64,000 bases of DNA. Origin: an uncultured Gemmatimonadales bacterium. Lineage in GTDB: Bacteria; Gemmatimonadota; Gemmatimonadetes; Gemmatimonadales; Gemmatimonadaceae. The position numbers and the translations under genes were made by a program. Shown piece after piece: positions 1 to 9,643 of the stretch. How positions within the stretch are numbered: position 1 is the stretch's first letter; every line of letters starts with the position of its first letter. The DNA lies in assembly GCA_963701965.1 (NCBI GenBank), contig OY969695.1:4576001-4640000 (forward strand), given 5' to 3'. The notes beneath the pieces are model-generated. The model did not search any database and was not told the origin of the DNA. It worked only from the letters and a program-made list of their open reading frames with translations.

Positions 1-2
1 CG

Positions 3-1262
3 TGGATCTACATTGGGTCGCAAGGCATCGTCCAAGGCACGTACGAGACGTTCGGCGCCGTCGCGGCGCGACACTTCGGCGGCTCACTCAGTGGTCGGTT
101 TGTGCTCACCGCCGGCCTCGGCGGCATGGGCGGCGCCCAACCATTGGCCGCGACGATGCAAGGCGCCGCGGTGTTGGCGGTCGAAGTCGATTCCGCGCGG
201 ATCGAGAAACGCATCGCGACGCGGTACTGCGACCGGTTCACCACGGACCTGGATCAGGCGCTGGAATGGGTGAATGGCGCCCGCGCCTCCGGCGCGGCGC
301 TCTCGGTCGGCCTCGTCGGCAATGCCGCGGATGTCTTACCGGAACTGGTGAAGCGGGGCGTGACGCCTGACGTGCTCACGGACCAGACGAGCGCGCACGA
401 CATGTTGAACGGCTATGTGCCCGCGGGGATGCCGCTGGATGCGGCCGCGGCGCTCCGCGCGGCGGACCCGCGAGAATATGTCCGGCGCTCGACGGCGGCG
501 GCGGCCGTTCATGTCGGCGCGATGCTGGAGATGCGCCGGCGCGGCGCGATCACGTTCGACTATGGCAACAACCTGAGAACCGTCGCGTTCGACGCGGGCG
601 TCCGCGATGCGTTCGAGATCCCGGGTTTCGTGCCGGAATACGTGCGGCCGCTGTTCTGTCAGGGGAAGGGACCGTTCCGTTGGGTCGCCCTGTCGGGCGA
701 CCCGCGCGACATTTATCGGACCGATGCCCTGGCGCTCGAATTGTTCCCGCACGACGAGCACCTGCGCCGCTGGCTGACGCTGGCGCGGGAGCGCATCCAG
801 TTTCAAGGGCTTCCGGCCCGGATTTGCTGGCTGGGCCAGGGTGACCGGGCGCGATTTGGCGTGGCGATGAACGAACTGGTGGCCCGGGGCGAGATCTCGG
901 CCCCCATCGTCATTGGTCGCGATCATCTCGACACGGGGAGCGTGGCATTGCCGTTCCGCGAGACCGAGGCGATGAAGGATGGGAGCGACGCGATCGCCGA
1001 CTGGGCCATTCTCAATGCGCTGCTCAACGTCGCCAGCGGGGCGTCGTGGGTGTCGTTCCACCATGGCGGCGGCGTCGGGATCGGCAATTCGCTGCACGCG
1101 GGCCAGGTGATCGTGGCCGACGGCACGCCGGCGATGGCGGAACGCCTGGCCCGCGTGCTCACCAACGATCCGGGCATCGGTGTCGCCCGGCATGCCGACG
1201 CCGGATACGAGATCGCGCGCGAGACGGCGGTGGCGCACCGGATCGATCTCCCGATGGAGTGA
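3..1262 (+). CDS. hutU: Urocanate hydratase (5'-truncated by window edge)
   Basis: Frame open from position 3 ([17 protein letters not shown]); motifs [44 protein letters not shown]. Confidence 0.97.
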   Translation, partial: WIYIGSQGIVQGTYETFGAVAARHFGGSLSGRFVLTAGLGGMGGAQPLAATMQGAAVLAVEVDSARIEKRIATRYCDRFTTDLDQALEWVNGARASGAALSVGLVGNAADVLPELVKRGVTPDVLTDQTSAHDMLNGYVPAGMPLDAAAALRAADPREYVRRSTAAAAVHVGAMLEMRRRGAITFDYGNNLRTVAFDAGVRDAFEIPGFVPEYVRPLFCQGKGPFRWVALSGDPRDIYRTDALALELFPHDEHLRRWLTLARERIQFQGLPARICWLGQGDRARFGVAMNELVARGEISAPIVIGRDHLDTGSVALPFRETEAMKDGSDAIADWAILNALLNVASGASWVSFHHGGGVGIGNSLHAGQVIVADGTPAMAERLARVLTNDPGIGVARHADAGYEIARETAVAHRIDLPME

Positions 1263-1263
1263 C

Positions 1264-2235
1264 GTGCTGTCCGCACGCTTCAAGCCATGGGACGTCCCCG
1301 TTTTCCTCGCCAAGCACGCGTGGTTGACGGCCCGGCGCCGGCCGGTGCTCGTGAACTTCGAGGTCACGCTCCGCTGTAACGCGCGCTGCGGTTTCTGTGA
1401 CTACTGGAAGACACCGGCGGCCGCGCGCAAAGACGAGACCCGGTCGTTCGCCGATGCGGCCCGGTTCTTCAACCCGCTCATGATCGCCTTCACGGGCGGC
1501 GAACCGTTGCTGCGCCGCGATCTCGAGGATCTGGTGGCGGCGGTCACGCGCGCCGTGCGCGTCAAGTACACGACGATCCTGACCCACGGCGGCCTGCTGT
1601 CGGTCGACCGCGCGCGGTCGCTGTGGGACGCCGGCATCAATCAATTCAACATCTCGCTCGACTTTCTGGACGGACGCCACGACGCGGCGCGGGGGATTCC
1701 GGGTCTCACCGACCGGATCCTGTCGACCGTGCCCCGGATGCGCGAAGCGGGGATCGACAGCATTCGGTTCAATACGGTCATCCGCGACGACAACCTCGAT
1801 CAGCTCCTGCCGATCGTGGACCGCGCCGCGGCGATGGGCGCCGGCGTGAATTTCTCCACGTATACGGCCTTCAAGAACGGCAATGCGGATCCGGTCCCCT
1901 CCGCCCAGCGCTTGCGGCAGCTCGACGCGACGATCGCCCAGCTGCTCGCTTACAAGCGCCGCCGCCGCGGGGTGATCACGAGCTCCGACTACTACCTGGC
2001 GCAGATCCCGCGCTACGTGCGCGGCGAGCAGCGCGCGCCGTGCCAATCCGGGCTCCGCACGATTCACCTCGATCCCACCGGTCGGGTGAAACGGTGCCCG
2101 GATTTCCCGACGGATTTTCACTGGAAAGACTTCCAGACCTATCAACCGATCGCCTGCAACGCCTGCTGGTACGCCTGCCGGGGCGAGGCCCAGGCACCGG
2201 TCGGTCTCTCCCGGGTCCGGGACGTGTTGGCGTGA
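1264..2235 (+). CDS. Radical SAM protein with C-terminal Cys-rich (Twitch/SPASM-like) domain, function unknown
   Basis: CNARCGFC (CxxxCxxC), FTGGEP, ISLD, C-terminal PCQSG..KRCP..CNACWYAC; GTG 1 nt after hutU stop. Confidence 0.88.
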   Translation: MLSARFKPWDVPVFLAKHAWLTARRRPVLVNFEVTLRCNARCGFCDYWKTPAAARKDETRSFADAARFFNPLMIAFTGGEPLLRRDLEDLVAAVTRAVRVKYTTILTHGGLLSVDRARSLWDAGINQFNISLDFLDGRHDAARGIPGLTDRILSTVPRMREAGIDSIRFNTVIRDDNLDQLLPIVDRAAAMGAGVNFSTYTAFKNGNADPVPSAQRLRQLDATIAQLLAYKRRRRGVITSSDYYLAQIPRYVRGEQRAPCQSGLRTIHLDPTGRVKRCPDFPTDFHWKDFQTYQPIACNACWYACRGEAQAPVGLSRVRDVLA

Positions 2236-3506
2236 CCGGCGACCTCCTGTTCGTCGATGCCGCGCAGGTGGTCACCTGCGCCGGGCCGGCCCGGGCGCGC
2301 CGGGGTCGCGAGATGGCGGCGCTCGGCGTCGAGACGGGAACGGCCGTGGCCGTGAGCGGCGGCCGCGTCGACGCCGTGGGACCGCAGCCGGATCTCGCGC
2401 GCCGCTATCCCGATGCCGAGCGGGTGTCCTGTCGGGGAGGGCTGCTGGCTCCGGGTTGGGTGGACTCGCACACCCACGCGATTTTTGGGCGCCCGCGGTC
2501 CGATGAGCAGGAAATGCGGGCGGCCGGGGCGGACTACCTGGAGATCGCCCGCCGGGGCGGAGGGATTCATGCCTCGGTGCGGGATCTGCGATCGCGCTCC
2601 GACGACGAGCTGTTCGCCTTGGCGCTCAAGCGTTTGCGCCGCCTGGCGTCCTACGGCACGACGACGGTCGAGGTGAAGTCCGGCTACGGTCTCACGGTCG
2701 AGGATGAGCTCCGAACGCTGCGGGTGATCGAGCGGCTCGCCCGGGCGCTGCCTCTCCGTCTCATCCCGACCTGGCTGGGCGCGCACGAGATTCCCCTGGA
2801 GTTCCGGACTTCCGCCAGCGGCCGTAACACCTATGTGGGCCTGCTCGTCAACGAGATGCTCCCACGCGTGGTCGGGGAGGGTCTCGCGCGGTTCGCGGAT
2901 GTCTTCTGCGAGCCGGGCGTATTCACCGTCGACGAAAGTCGCACCATCCTGACGGCGGCGCGTGGCGCGGGACTCGCGATCAAGCTCCATGCCGACGAGC
3001 TGCGATCGGGCGGCGGCGCGGAGTTGGCGGCGGAGTTGGGGGCCACGTCCGCCGACCACTTGGCGGCGATCTCCCCCGCGGGAGTGGCGGCGCTGGCCCG
3101 GGCGAACACGGTCGCCACGCTGTTGCCGGGCACGATGTTGTTTTTGGGAAAGCGGTCGCACGCTCCGGCGCGCGATTTGATCGAGGCTGGCGTGGCGGTC
3201 GCGCTGGCGACGGACTTCAATCCGGGAACATCACCGACGCCGAACCTGCCGTTGATCTTGACGCTCGCGGTCAGCCAACTGCACCTGAGCGTGGCTGAAG
3301 CGTTCATTGCGGGCACCGTGAATGGCGCGGCGGCCTTGAATGTCGCGGATCACGTGGGACAGCTGGCGCCGGGGTTCTCCGCGGACCTGGCGTTGTACGA
3401 TGTGGATGACGTACGCGAGCTGCCGTACTGGTATGGCGACCGGCGCTGCCTGGCCTCGTGGGTGCGAGGCAACGCTTGTCACCAATTTGACTTAAGTCTA
3501 GGTTAA
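2232..3506 (+). CDS. hutI: Imidazolonepropionase
   Basis: DSHTH, GGGIHASV, EVKSGYGL, DVFCE, KLHADE, ATDFNPGTS; GTGA overlap with upstream gene. Confidence 0.95.
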   Translation: MTGDLLFVDAAQVVTCAGPARARRGREMAALGVETGTAVAVSGGRVDAVGPQPDLARRYPDAERVSCRGGLLAPGWVDSHTHAIFGRPRSDEQEMRAAGADYLEIARRGGGIHASVRDLRSRSDDELFALALKRLRRLASYGTTTVEVKSGYGLTVEDELRTLRVIERLARALPLRLIPTWLGAHEIPLEFRTSASGRNTYVGLLVNEMLPRVVGEGLARFADVFCEPGVFTVDESRTILTAARGAGLAIKLHADELRSGGGAELAAELGATSADHLAAISPAGVAALARANTVATLLPGTMLFLGKRSHAPARDLIEAGVAVALATDFNPGTSPTPNLPLILTLAVSQLHLSVAEAFIAGTVNGAAALNVADHVGQLAPGFSADLALYDVDDVRELPYWYGDRRCLASWVRGNACHQFDLSLG

Positions 3507-3539
3507 GCAGTCTATTCACCGCCCCCGCCACACGCGCCG

Positions 3540-6377
3540 ATGTCGAACGCTGCGAAACTCAAAAAGAAAGCTGCCGAGTTCGAGCAAAAGAAGCAGTTCG
3601 ACAAAGCGCTGCAGCTCTATATCCAGATTCTGGACGAGAGCGACGGTGACGATGAGGAAGCGGACGTCGCGCTGTATAATCGCGTGGGCGATCTGCTCAT
3701 GCGGCAGGGCAGCGTCGGCGATGCCGTCAACTACTACGAGAAGGCGGTCGATCTCTACGCCGAGAGCGGGTTTTTCAACAACGCGATCGCGCTCTGCAAC
3801 AAGATCCTGCGCCAGTCCCCCGGCCGCAACTCGATCTACTACAAGTTGGGGAAGATCAGCGCCAAGAAGGGGTTCATCAGCGACGCCAAGCAGAATTTCC
3901 TCGAGTACGCCGACCGCATGCAGAAGGCCGGTCAGCTGGACGAGGCGTTCCGCGCGCTGAAGGAGTTCGCGGACCTCTGCCCGGATCAGGATGACATCCG
4001 GCTGATGCTCGCCGAGCAGCTCTCGAAAAAGGATCGCAAGGGCGAGGCGATCGAGCAGCTCCAGCACCTCTACGAGAAGTTCACGGCCGAGGGGCGGGGC
4101 GCCGAGGCGCGCGCCACAGTAGACCGCATGAAGGCGATCGACCCGTCGGTCGAGCCAAAGACCGGCGGCGCCAATCGGCGCGAGAAGTCGAGCGACCTGA
4201 TTTTCATCGACCTGTCGGACAGCGCGCCGGCCAAGGCGGCCGACCGCGAGCCGTCACGGAAGACGGTCAAGCTGCCCGTATCGGCGGAAGTCGACGCGCT
4301 GGATGATCTTCCGTTGTTGGACACGAACGACGCGGGCGAGGACGACTTGCTGCCGTTGCCGCCGCTCGACGAGGCCGATCTGGAACCGCTCGACGTCGCC
4401 GAGGTCTCCGGCCTGGAGACGATGGCGGAATTCTCGGCCGAAGCGGTGGAGGCTGGCACCATCAGCGGTTTCGAGCAGACGGTCCTCGATGACGAAACCG
4501 GCGCCGCGGACACCGACACGGCGGAGCCCTCCGAAGCCACGGCCGCCGACGAAAGCGACGAAATCGACGGGGTCGACGACGTCGATGACCTGCTGCCCGA
4601 TCTCGAGCCGCCGCTCTCCGGGAGCGAATTCGCCGAGCTCGAGCTGGGTCCTCCGACGGACGAGCATCCCGACGCCCGCGCGCACACGCACGACCTGGCG
4701 CTACCCGGACGGCTGCCGTCGCTCGATGACCATGGTCCTGGCGCACTGTCGTTGACAGGGGAGATGGAGCTGATCATCCCCGAAGTCGACATTCCGCCGA
4801 TCCCGCCGCTCCGGCGGAAGTCGGGTCCGTCGGCGCGACCCGCACCGCTGGCCGCCCCACCACTGGCGCGGCCGCCCAACGGCGCGCTGGAAGTGGACTT
4901 TACGCCGGAAGTGGACGCCAGCGACATTGATGGCCGATCGGCGTCCGCCGCCTCGGCGCTCCCGCTCATCGACGGGGCAGACTCGCTCCGGCCGGCCACG
5001 CCGTCCGATGGCGATGCGGCGCAGACATGGTCGAACGGCGACGCGCCGGCCGAAGCCCTGGGCGAGCTGCCGATGCTCGACGACGAGACGCCAGCGGCGC
5101 CGGCGCCCGTCGCCGAGGAGCCGCCGCCCGTCGCCGAACCGGTCGTGTCCGATGATGATCTCATCGACGATGTGTTGTTGAACCTGGACAAGCCGTCGGC
5201 GCGACGGCCCTCCGGAGGACGCCGGGTCTCGGGAAGCAAGCGCGTGTCCGGCGGCTCCAAGCGGGTTTCCGGCGGCGGGAAGCGGGTGTCGGGTTCCGGC
5301 AAACGGATCTCGGGCTCGGGCAAGCGCATCGCCGCGCCGATGCGCCACTCGCAACCGGCGCCGACCCCTTCGGTCAACGACCTGCGCGAGCAGTCCGTCA
5401 GCGACGCGGACAACTGGACGCTGCGCCGGCAGCTGGCCGAGGCGTTGCTGGAGGATGGGGATCGCGCGGCGGGGTTGCAGGAGTTGGAAGCCGTCATGCT
5501 GGGCTTGGAGCATGCGCGCGACCTGGAAGGCGCGCGGTCCGTGGCCGACGAGATCATCCGGCTCGATCCCAACTCGGTGCGGCACCATCAGAAGCGCGTC
5601 GAGTATGCGTTCCGCGCCGCCGACAAACCGCGCTTGGCCGAGATGTACCTCGAGCTGGCCGACGCGCTCTTCCGCGCGGGGCACGCGGACAAGGCGCGGG
5701 CCGTCTATCAGCGCGTGCTGGAGCTGGCGCCCGATGACCTGCGCGCGCAGGCGGCCCTGAGCACGTTCGGACCGCCGGTCGAGGAGACGGACGAGGCGCT
5801 GGCGGTCGAGGAGAGCGCCATCGCGGTCGCCGAGTCGCCCGCCGACGGCGATTTCGTGAATCTCAGCGACTGGTTGCAGGAGGATGAGGCGCCGAAGTCG
5901 ACCCGTATGGTCGTCGATGAGGAGGCCCCGAGTGGCGATGAAGCGGCCGACTTCAACGACATGCTCCGGAAGTTCAAGCAGGGAGTCGCCGAGAATGTCG
6001 ACGACGAGGACTTCGAGAGTCACTACGATCTGGGCGTCGCGTACAAGGAGATGGGCCTGGTCGACGAAGCCATCGCGCAGTTCCAGAAAGCGCTGCGCGG
6101 CGCCAGGGGACGGGTGCGCACCTATGAGGCGCTCGGCCAATGTTTCCTGGAGAAGCAGCAGTTCCGCGTGGCGGCTACGATCCTGGGCCGCGCGCTGACC
6201 GAGCCGGGCGTCGCGGACGACCAACTGGTCGGCGTCCTCTACCTGCTGGGCTACGCGTCGGAGGCGTTACGGGCGCCGGCGGACGCGCTGATGTACTATC
6301 AGCGCGTGTTCGCCGTCGACATCCAATTCCGCGATGTGGCCGACCGCCTGGCGCGGTTGGAGAAAGTGGGGCGGTGA
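3540..6377 (+). CDS. Large TPR protein with acidic disordered linker (SgmX-like architecture)
   Basis: N-terminal TPR helices, long D/E/P-rich middle, C-terminal TPRs with SHYDLGVAYKEMGLVDEAIAQF. Confidence 0.85.
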   Translation: MSNAAKLKKKAAEFEQKKQFDKALQLYIQILDESDGDDEEADVALYNRVGDLLMRQGSVGDAVNYYEKAVDLYAESGFFNNAIALCNKILRQSPGRNSIYYKLGKISAKKGFISDAKQNFLEYADRMQKAGQLDEAFRALKEFADLCPDQDDIRLMLAEQLSKKDRKGEAIEQLQHLYEKFTAEGRGAEARATVDRMKAIDPSVEPKTGGANRREKSSDLIFIDLSDSAPAKAADREPSRKTVKLPVSAEVDALDDLPLLDTNDAGEDDLLPLPPLDEADLEPLDVAEVSGLETMAEFSAEAVEAGTISGFEQTVLDDETGAADTDTAEPSEATAADESDEIDGVDDVDDLLPDLEPPLSGSEFAELELGPPTDEHPDARAHTHDLALPGRLPSLDDHGPGALSLTGEMELIIPEVDIPPIPPLRRKSGPSARPAPLAAPPLARPPNGALEVDFTPEVDASDIDGRSASAASALPLIDGADSLRPATPSDGDAAQTWSNGDAPAEALGELPMLDDETPAAPAPVAEEPPPVAEPVVSDDDLIDDVLLNLDKPSARRPSGGRRVSGSKRVSGGSKRVSGGGKRVSGSGKRISGSGKRIAAPMRHSQPAPTPSVNDLREQSVSDADNWTLRRQLAEALLEDGDRAAGLQELEAVMLGLEHARDLEGARSVADEIIRLDPNSVRHHQKRVEYAFRAADKPRLAEMYLELADALFRAGHADKARAVYQRVLELAPDDLRAQAALSTFGPPVEETDEALAVEESAIAVAESPADGDFVNLSDWLQEDEAPKSTRMVVDEEAPSGDEAADFNDMLRKFKQGVAENVDDEDFESHYDLGVAYKEMGLVDEAIAQFQKALRGARGRVRTYEALGQCFLEKQQFRVAATILGRALTEPGVADDQLVGVLYLLGYASEALRAPADALMYYQRVFAVDIQFRDVADRLARLEKVGR
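5202..5330 (+). repeat. Degenerate coding repeat, about 7 x [RK]R-x-S-G units
   Basis: RRPSGGRRVSGSKRVSGGSKRVSGGGKRVSGSGKRISGSGKRI. Confidence 0.85.
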
Positions 6378-7381
6378 GCAGCCGCGTCCATGCCCGGAGC
6401 GGCGGTGCCGCGCTCAGCGCGATCCAGTCGACGGTCCGCGATGATCTGCGCCAGGTCGAGGTCGAGCTCAAGCGCATCGTGGATGCGGACTCCCCGACGG
6501 TCTCGGCCGTCAGTGAGCACCTCCTTGGCATGAAAGGCAAGCTGTTCCGGCCGACCCTGGTGCTGTTGACGAGCGCGGTGGGCGACCATCCGGAGCGGCG
6601 GGCCCGGGCGACGAAGTTGGCGGCGGTGCTGGAGCTGATTCACGTCGCGACGCTGGTGCACGATGATGCGGTGGACCACTCGGTGTTGCGGCGCGGGATG
6701 CCGACGCTCAATGCGCTCCTGGGTTCCCAGATCTCGGTCATCGCCGGGGACTTTCTGTACTTGCGTGCCCTCAAGGAGCTGGCGCGTCTCGGGGATCTCG
6801 ACTCGTTGCGGGTCATCACCGACGCGTCGGACGAGATGACGCGCGGAGAGTTGGCCGCGCTGGTCCACGCCGATCCGTTGACGTTTGGGGAAGGGGACTA
6901 CGAGAGCTTGATCGAAGCCAAGACGGCGTCGCTGTTTCGCGCCGCCTGCGAGCTCGGGGCGCTCTGTGGCGCGCCGGAGTATCGCGAGGCGCTGGCGCGC
7001 TTCGGATCACGGCTGGGGATGGCGTTTCAAGTGACGGACGATCTACTCGACTACACAGCCAATGAGACGATCACCGGCAAACCAGCGGGGCTTGATCTGC
7101 GGGAGCATAAAATGACTCTGCCCCTCATCGCGGCGTTGCGCGATATGGGTCCGACCGCGCGGGATCGCGTCGAAGCGCTGTTCGCGGCCGAGGAGCCGGC
7201 GGATGTGGAGATTCAGGCGGTCGTCGAGATCGTGAGCGAGGTCGGTGGTCTCGATTACGCGCGGCGGCGGGGCGCCGAGTACGCCGCCGAGGCCGAGCAG
7301 TCGCTCGCCGCGCTGCCGGACACGCCCGCGCGCGCCGCGTTGTATGACGCGGTGAGCTATGTGACGGAGCGGAACTGGTGA
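6374..7381 (+). CDS. Polyprenyl diphosphate synthase (IspB/HepT-like)
   Basis: GKLFRP, LVHDDAVD..RRG, AGDFL, AKTA, FQVTDDLLD, GKPAGLDL. Confidence 0.93.
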   Translation: MSSRVHARSGGAALSAIQSTVRDDLRQVEVELKRIVDADSPTVSAVSEHLLGMKGKLFRPTLVLLTSAVGDHPERRARATKLAAVLELIHVATLVHDDAVDHSVLRRGMPTLNALLGSQISVIAGDFLYLRALKELARLGDLDSLRVITDASDEMTRGELAALVHADPLTFGEGDYESLIEAKTASLFRAACELGALCGAPEYREALARFGSRLGMAFQVTDDLLDYTANETITGKPAGLDLREHKMTLPLIAALRDMGPTARDRVEALFAAEEPADVEIQAVVEIVSEVGGLDYARRRGAEYAAEAEQSLAALPDTPARAALYDAVSYVTERNW

Positions 7382-7665
7382 TGCCGCCACGGACCGGATC
7401 GTCCCGGCATCGGCCGGCGTTTCACGCGATCGTGCTCGCCTGCGGATTCGTGGTCGGTGGATTCTTGACGCAGTTCGCGCGCAAGTTCCTGCCCGCGGGG
7501 GTGGTCAAGGAGCTCTTGACCACCGGCGTCACGCCCGCGCTCGGACCCCTCCGGATCGATCTGGTCATCCTCAACTTCCAGCTCGGACCGATCGCGCTCG
7601 ATGTCTCCCTGCTGAGCCTCATCGGCGTCCTGATCGCTTACCTGATCGCGCGCTCGCTGTTCTAG
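7378..7665 (+). CDS. Small membrane protein (DUF4321-like)
   Basis: Two hydrophobic segments flanking IDLVILNFQLG..LDVSLLSLIG; coupled to upstream stop. Confidence 0.7.
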   Translation: MMPPRTGSSRHRPAFHAIVLACGFVVGGFLTQFARKFLPAGVVKELLTTGVTPALGPLRIDLVILNFQLGPIALDVSLLSLIGVLIAYLIARSLF

Positions 7666-7666
7666 C

Positions 7667-9502
7667 TCAGGTGGCCGTCGTGGTCTGCCGCGACGCCGCC
7701 TCGATGTCCTTCCGGTGGTCGTTGATCTTCGCCGTCTCGCGAAGGTCGGCCAGGTACTGCTGAACGGCTTGCTCGCGGAGCTGCTGCAGCAGCGTCTGCC
7801 GCTGGTTTTGCTTCTGCGCTTCCCACACCGTCTTGGGAGCCTCGACGCGCCGATCGACGCGAATGACGTACATGGCGTCGTTCGTGGCGATCGGCTGGCT
7901 GACCGCGTTCACCGGCAGCGCGAACGCCGCGCCGACGACCTCGTTCATCCGCCCGATATCGGGCACGAATGCGGTCCGGGTGAACGGGGCGCTCTTGATG
8001 ACGGAGAGCCCGGCGGTCTTCGCCTGCGCTTCGAGCGACGTGCCCGCGGCGCCATTGGCGAACGCTTGCGCCCGCGCCCGCAGCTGATCGATGGCGGCCT
8101 GCTTGGCGAGGATCTTCTTGATGCCCGGCGCCGCGGCCGCGAACGTCGGCGTGCCGCCCGGTGTCAGGGAGTCGAGGCGGGCGAGATAGTACGCGTCGTC
8201 TCCGTCGAACAGCTCCGACGACTCGCCCACGGTCGCGCCGCCGAACGCCCAGGTGCCCACGCTCGGGACCTGGCGCCCGTTCATGACCAGCGGCTCGTCC
8301 TCGTTGACGTGCAACCGTACGGCGGGGAGCCCGAAAGCCTTGGCCGCCTTGTCGAACTGCGCCGCCACTTCCGCGTGGCCCGCCATCTTGTCGAGCGAGT
8401 CCGCCACCCGGTTCGTCCGCGCGGCGGCCGAGTCACTCTGCTGGATGCGGAGCAAGATATGCCGGACGGTGATCGAGTCCCCTTTCTTCGTGTCGACGCG
8501 AATCAGGTGGTATCCGTAGGGCGAGAGCACCGGCTGTGAGAGCTCCCCCGGCTTGAGCGCGAAGGCGGCGCTGTCGAACTGGGGCACGAACCGCCCGCGG
8601 ACGACCGTACCCAGCAACCCGCCTTGCTGCGCCGAGCCCGAGTCCGACGACTCGCGCTTGGCGACGTCTTCGAACTTCCCCCCTTTCGCGATCTCATCCC
8701 GCAGCGCCAGGAGATGCGCCCGCGTCGCCGCCGTGTCCGCGGCGGTCACCATCCGCGGCAGCACGAGCACGGAGACCGAAGCCCGGCCCTTCTTGGTGAG
8801 ATCCTTCTTATGGGAGTCGTAGTAGGCCCGAGCCGCCTGGTCCGAGATGTGGATGCTCGAATCCGGCACTTCGTCCGGATGCCACGCCACGTAGGAGATC
8901 TGGGAGGAGTCGTGCGTGTCCCGCCAGTAACTCCAGAGTTGCGCATCGGTCACGTAGATCGAGCTGGCCACCTGCTCGAACAGCTTTTCTTTGGGGATCT
9001 GATCCCGATACATGGCCTCGAGTTGCAACAGCAGGCCTGATTGGCGCGCTTGCGGGCTGGTCAAGTACCGTTGGTACTTCTCGGGGTCGAACCGGCCGTC
9101 GGTCTGCAGCTCCGGCGCCTGCATGAACGCCGGAGGCGGATTCGACTCCGCCGCCTCCTGGATCTCGGCATCCGACACATTGATGCCCCGGCGCGAGAAC
9201 TCATCGGACAGCAGAATGTCGGAGACCATCTCGTCGAACGTCTGCTCATTGACGGCTTTCTGCTCATCGAGCGTGAGGGCGCGCCCCAAACGTTGCTGCG
9301 CGTCCTGCTCGCGACGCTGCGTGGCGTTGAGCCACTGTGTCAGCAGGATGTCGTGGCCGTTGACGGTGGCGACGACGGTCGAGGCCGTGTTCGGCGCCTT
9401 GCCCGAGAGCCCGGAAGTCTGATAGAAAAGAAAGACACCAACGAAAGCGGCCGCGACGAAAAACCATATGTATTTCGCGTTGGCCCGCATCTTTGACAGC
9501 AC
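7667..9502 (-). CDS. PpiD/SurA-family membrane-anchored parvulin PPIase chaperone
   Basis: N-terminal TM, VATVNG SurA-N domain, FEDVAKRESSD.GSAQQGGLLG, SPYGYHLIRV, VRHIL. Confidence 0.9.
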   Translation of the reverse strand: MLSKMRANAKYIWFFVAAAFVGVFLFYQTSGLSGKAPNTASTVVATVNGHDILLTQWLNATQRREQDAQQRLGRALTLDEQKAVNEQTFDEMVSDILLSDEFSRRGINVSDAEIQEAAESNPPPAFMQAPELQTDGRFDPEKYQRYLTSPQARQSGLLLQLEAMYRDQIPKEKLFEQVASSIYVTDAQLWSYWRDTHDSSQISYVAWHPDEVPDSSIHISDQAARAYYDSHKKDLTKKGRASVSVLVLPRMVTAADTAATRAHLLALRDEIAKGGKFEDVAKRESSDSGSAQQGGLLGTVVRGRFVPQFDSAAFALKPGELSQPVLSPYGYHLIRVDTKKGDSITVRHILLRIQQSDSAAARTNRVADSLDKMAGHAEVAAQFDKAAKAFGLPAVRLHVNEDEPLVMNGRQVPSVGTWAFGGATVGESSELFDGDDAYYLARLDSLTPGGTPTFAAAAPGIKKILAKQAAIDQLRARAQAFANGAAGTSLEAQAKTAGLSVIKSAPFTRTAFVPDIGRMNEVVGAAFALPVNAVSQPIATNDAMYVIRVDRRVEAPKTVWEAQKQNQRQTLLQQLREQAVQQYLADLRETAKINDHRKDIEAASRQTTTAT

Positions 9503-9590
9503 GTGTGCGTCGCTCCCTTATGGTATTTACGGTAGATCGGCAAGCTAGGGCGCGGCGTTGGCTAAGGTCAAGAGAGAGTGTCACTTCTGA

Positions 9591-9620
9591 TTGACTTCGC
9601 TCGTCAGCAAGGTGTATCTT
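9591..9620 (+). promoter_or_regulatory. Candidate sigma70 promoter for the TPR-aroQ-accBC operon
   Basis: TTGACT-18 nt-TATCTT in the divergent intergenic region. Confidence 0.5.
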
Positions 9621-9643
9621 CGACGTCCTTACCGAGGGCCCTG

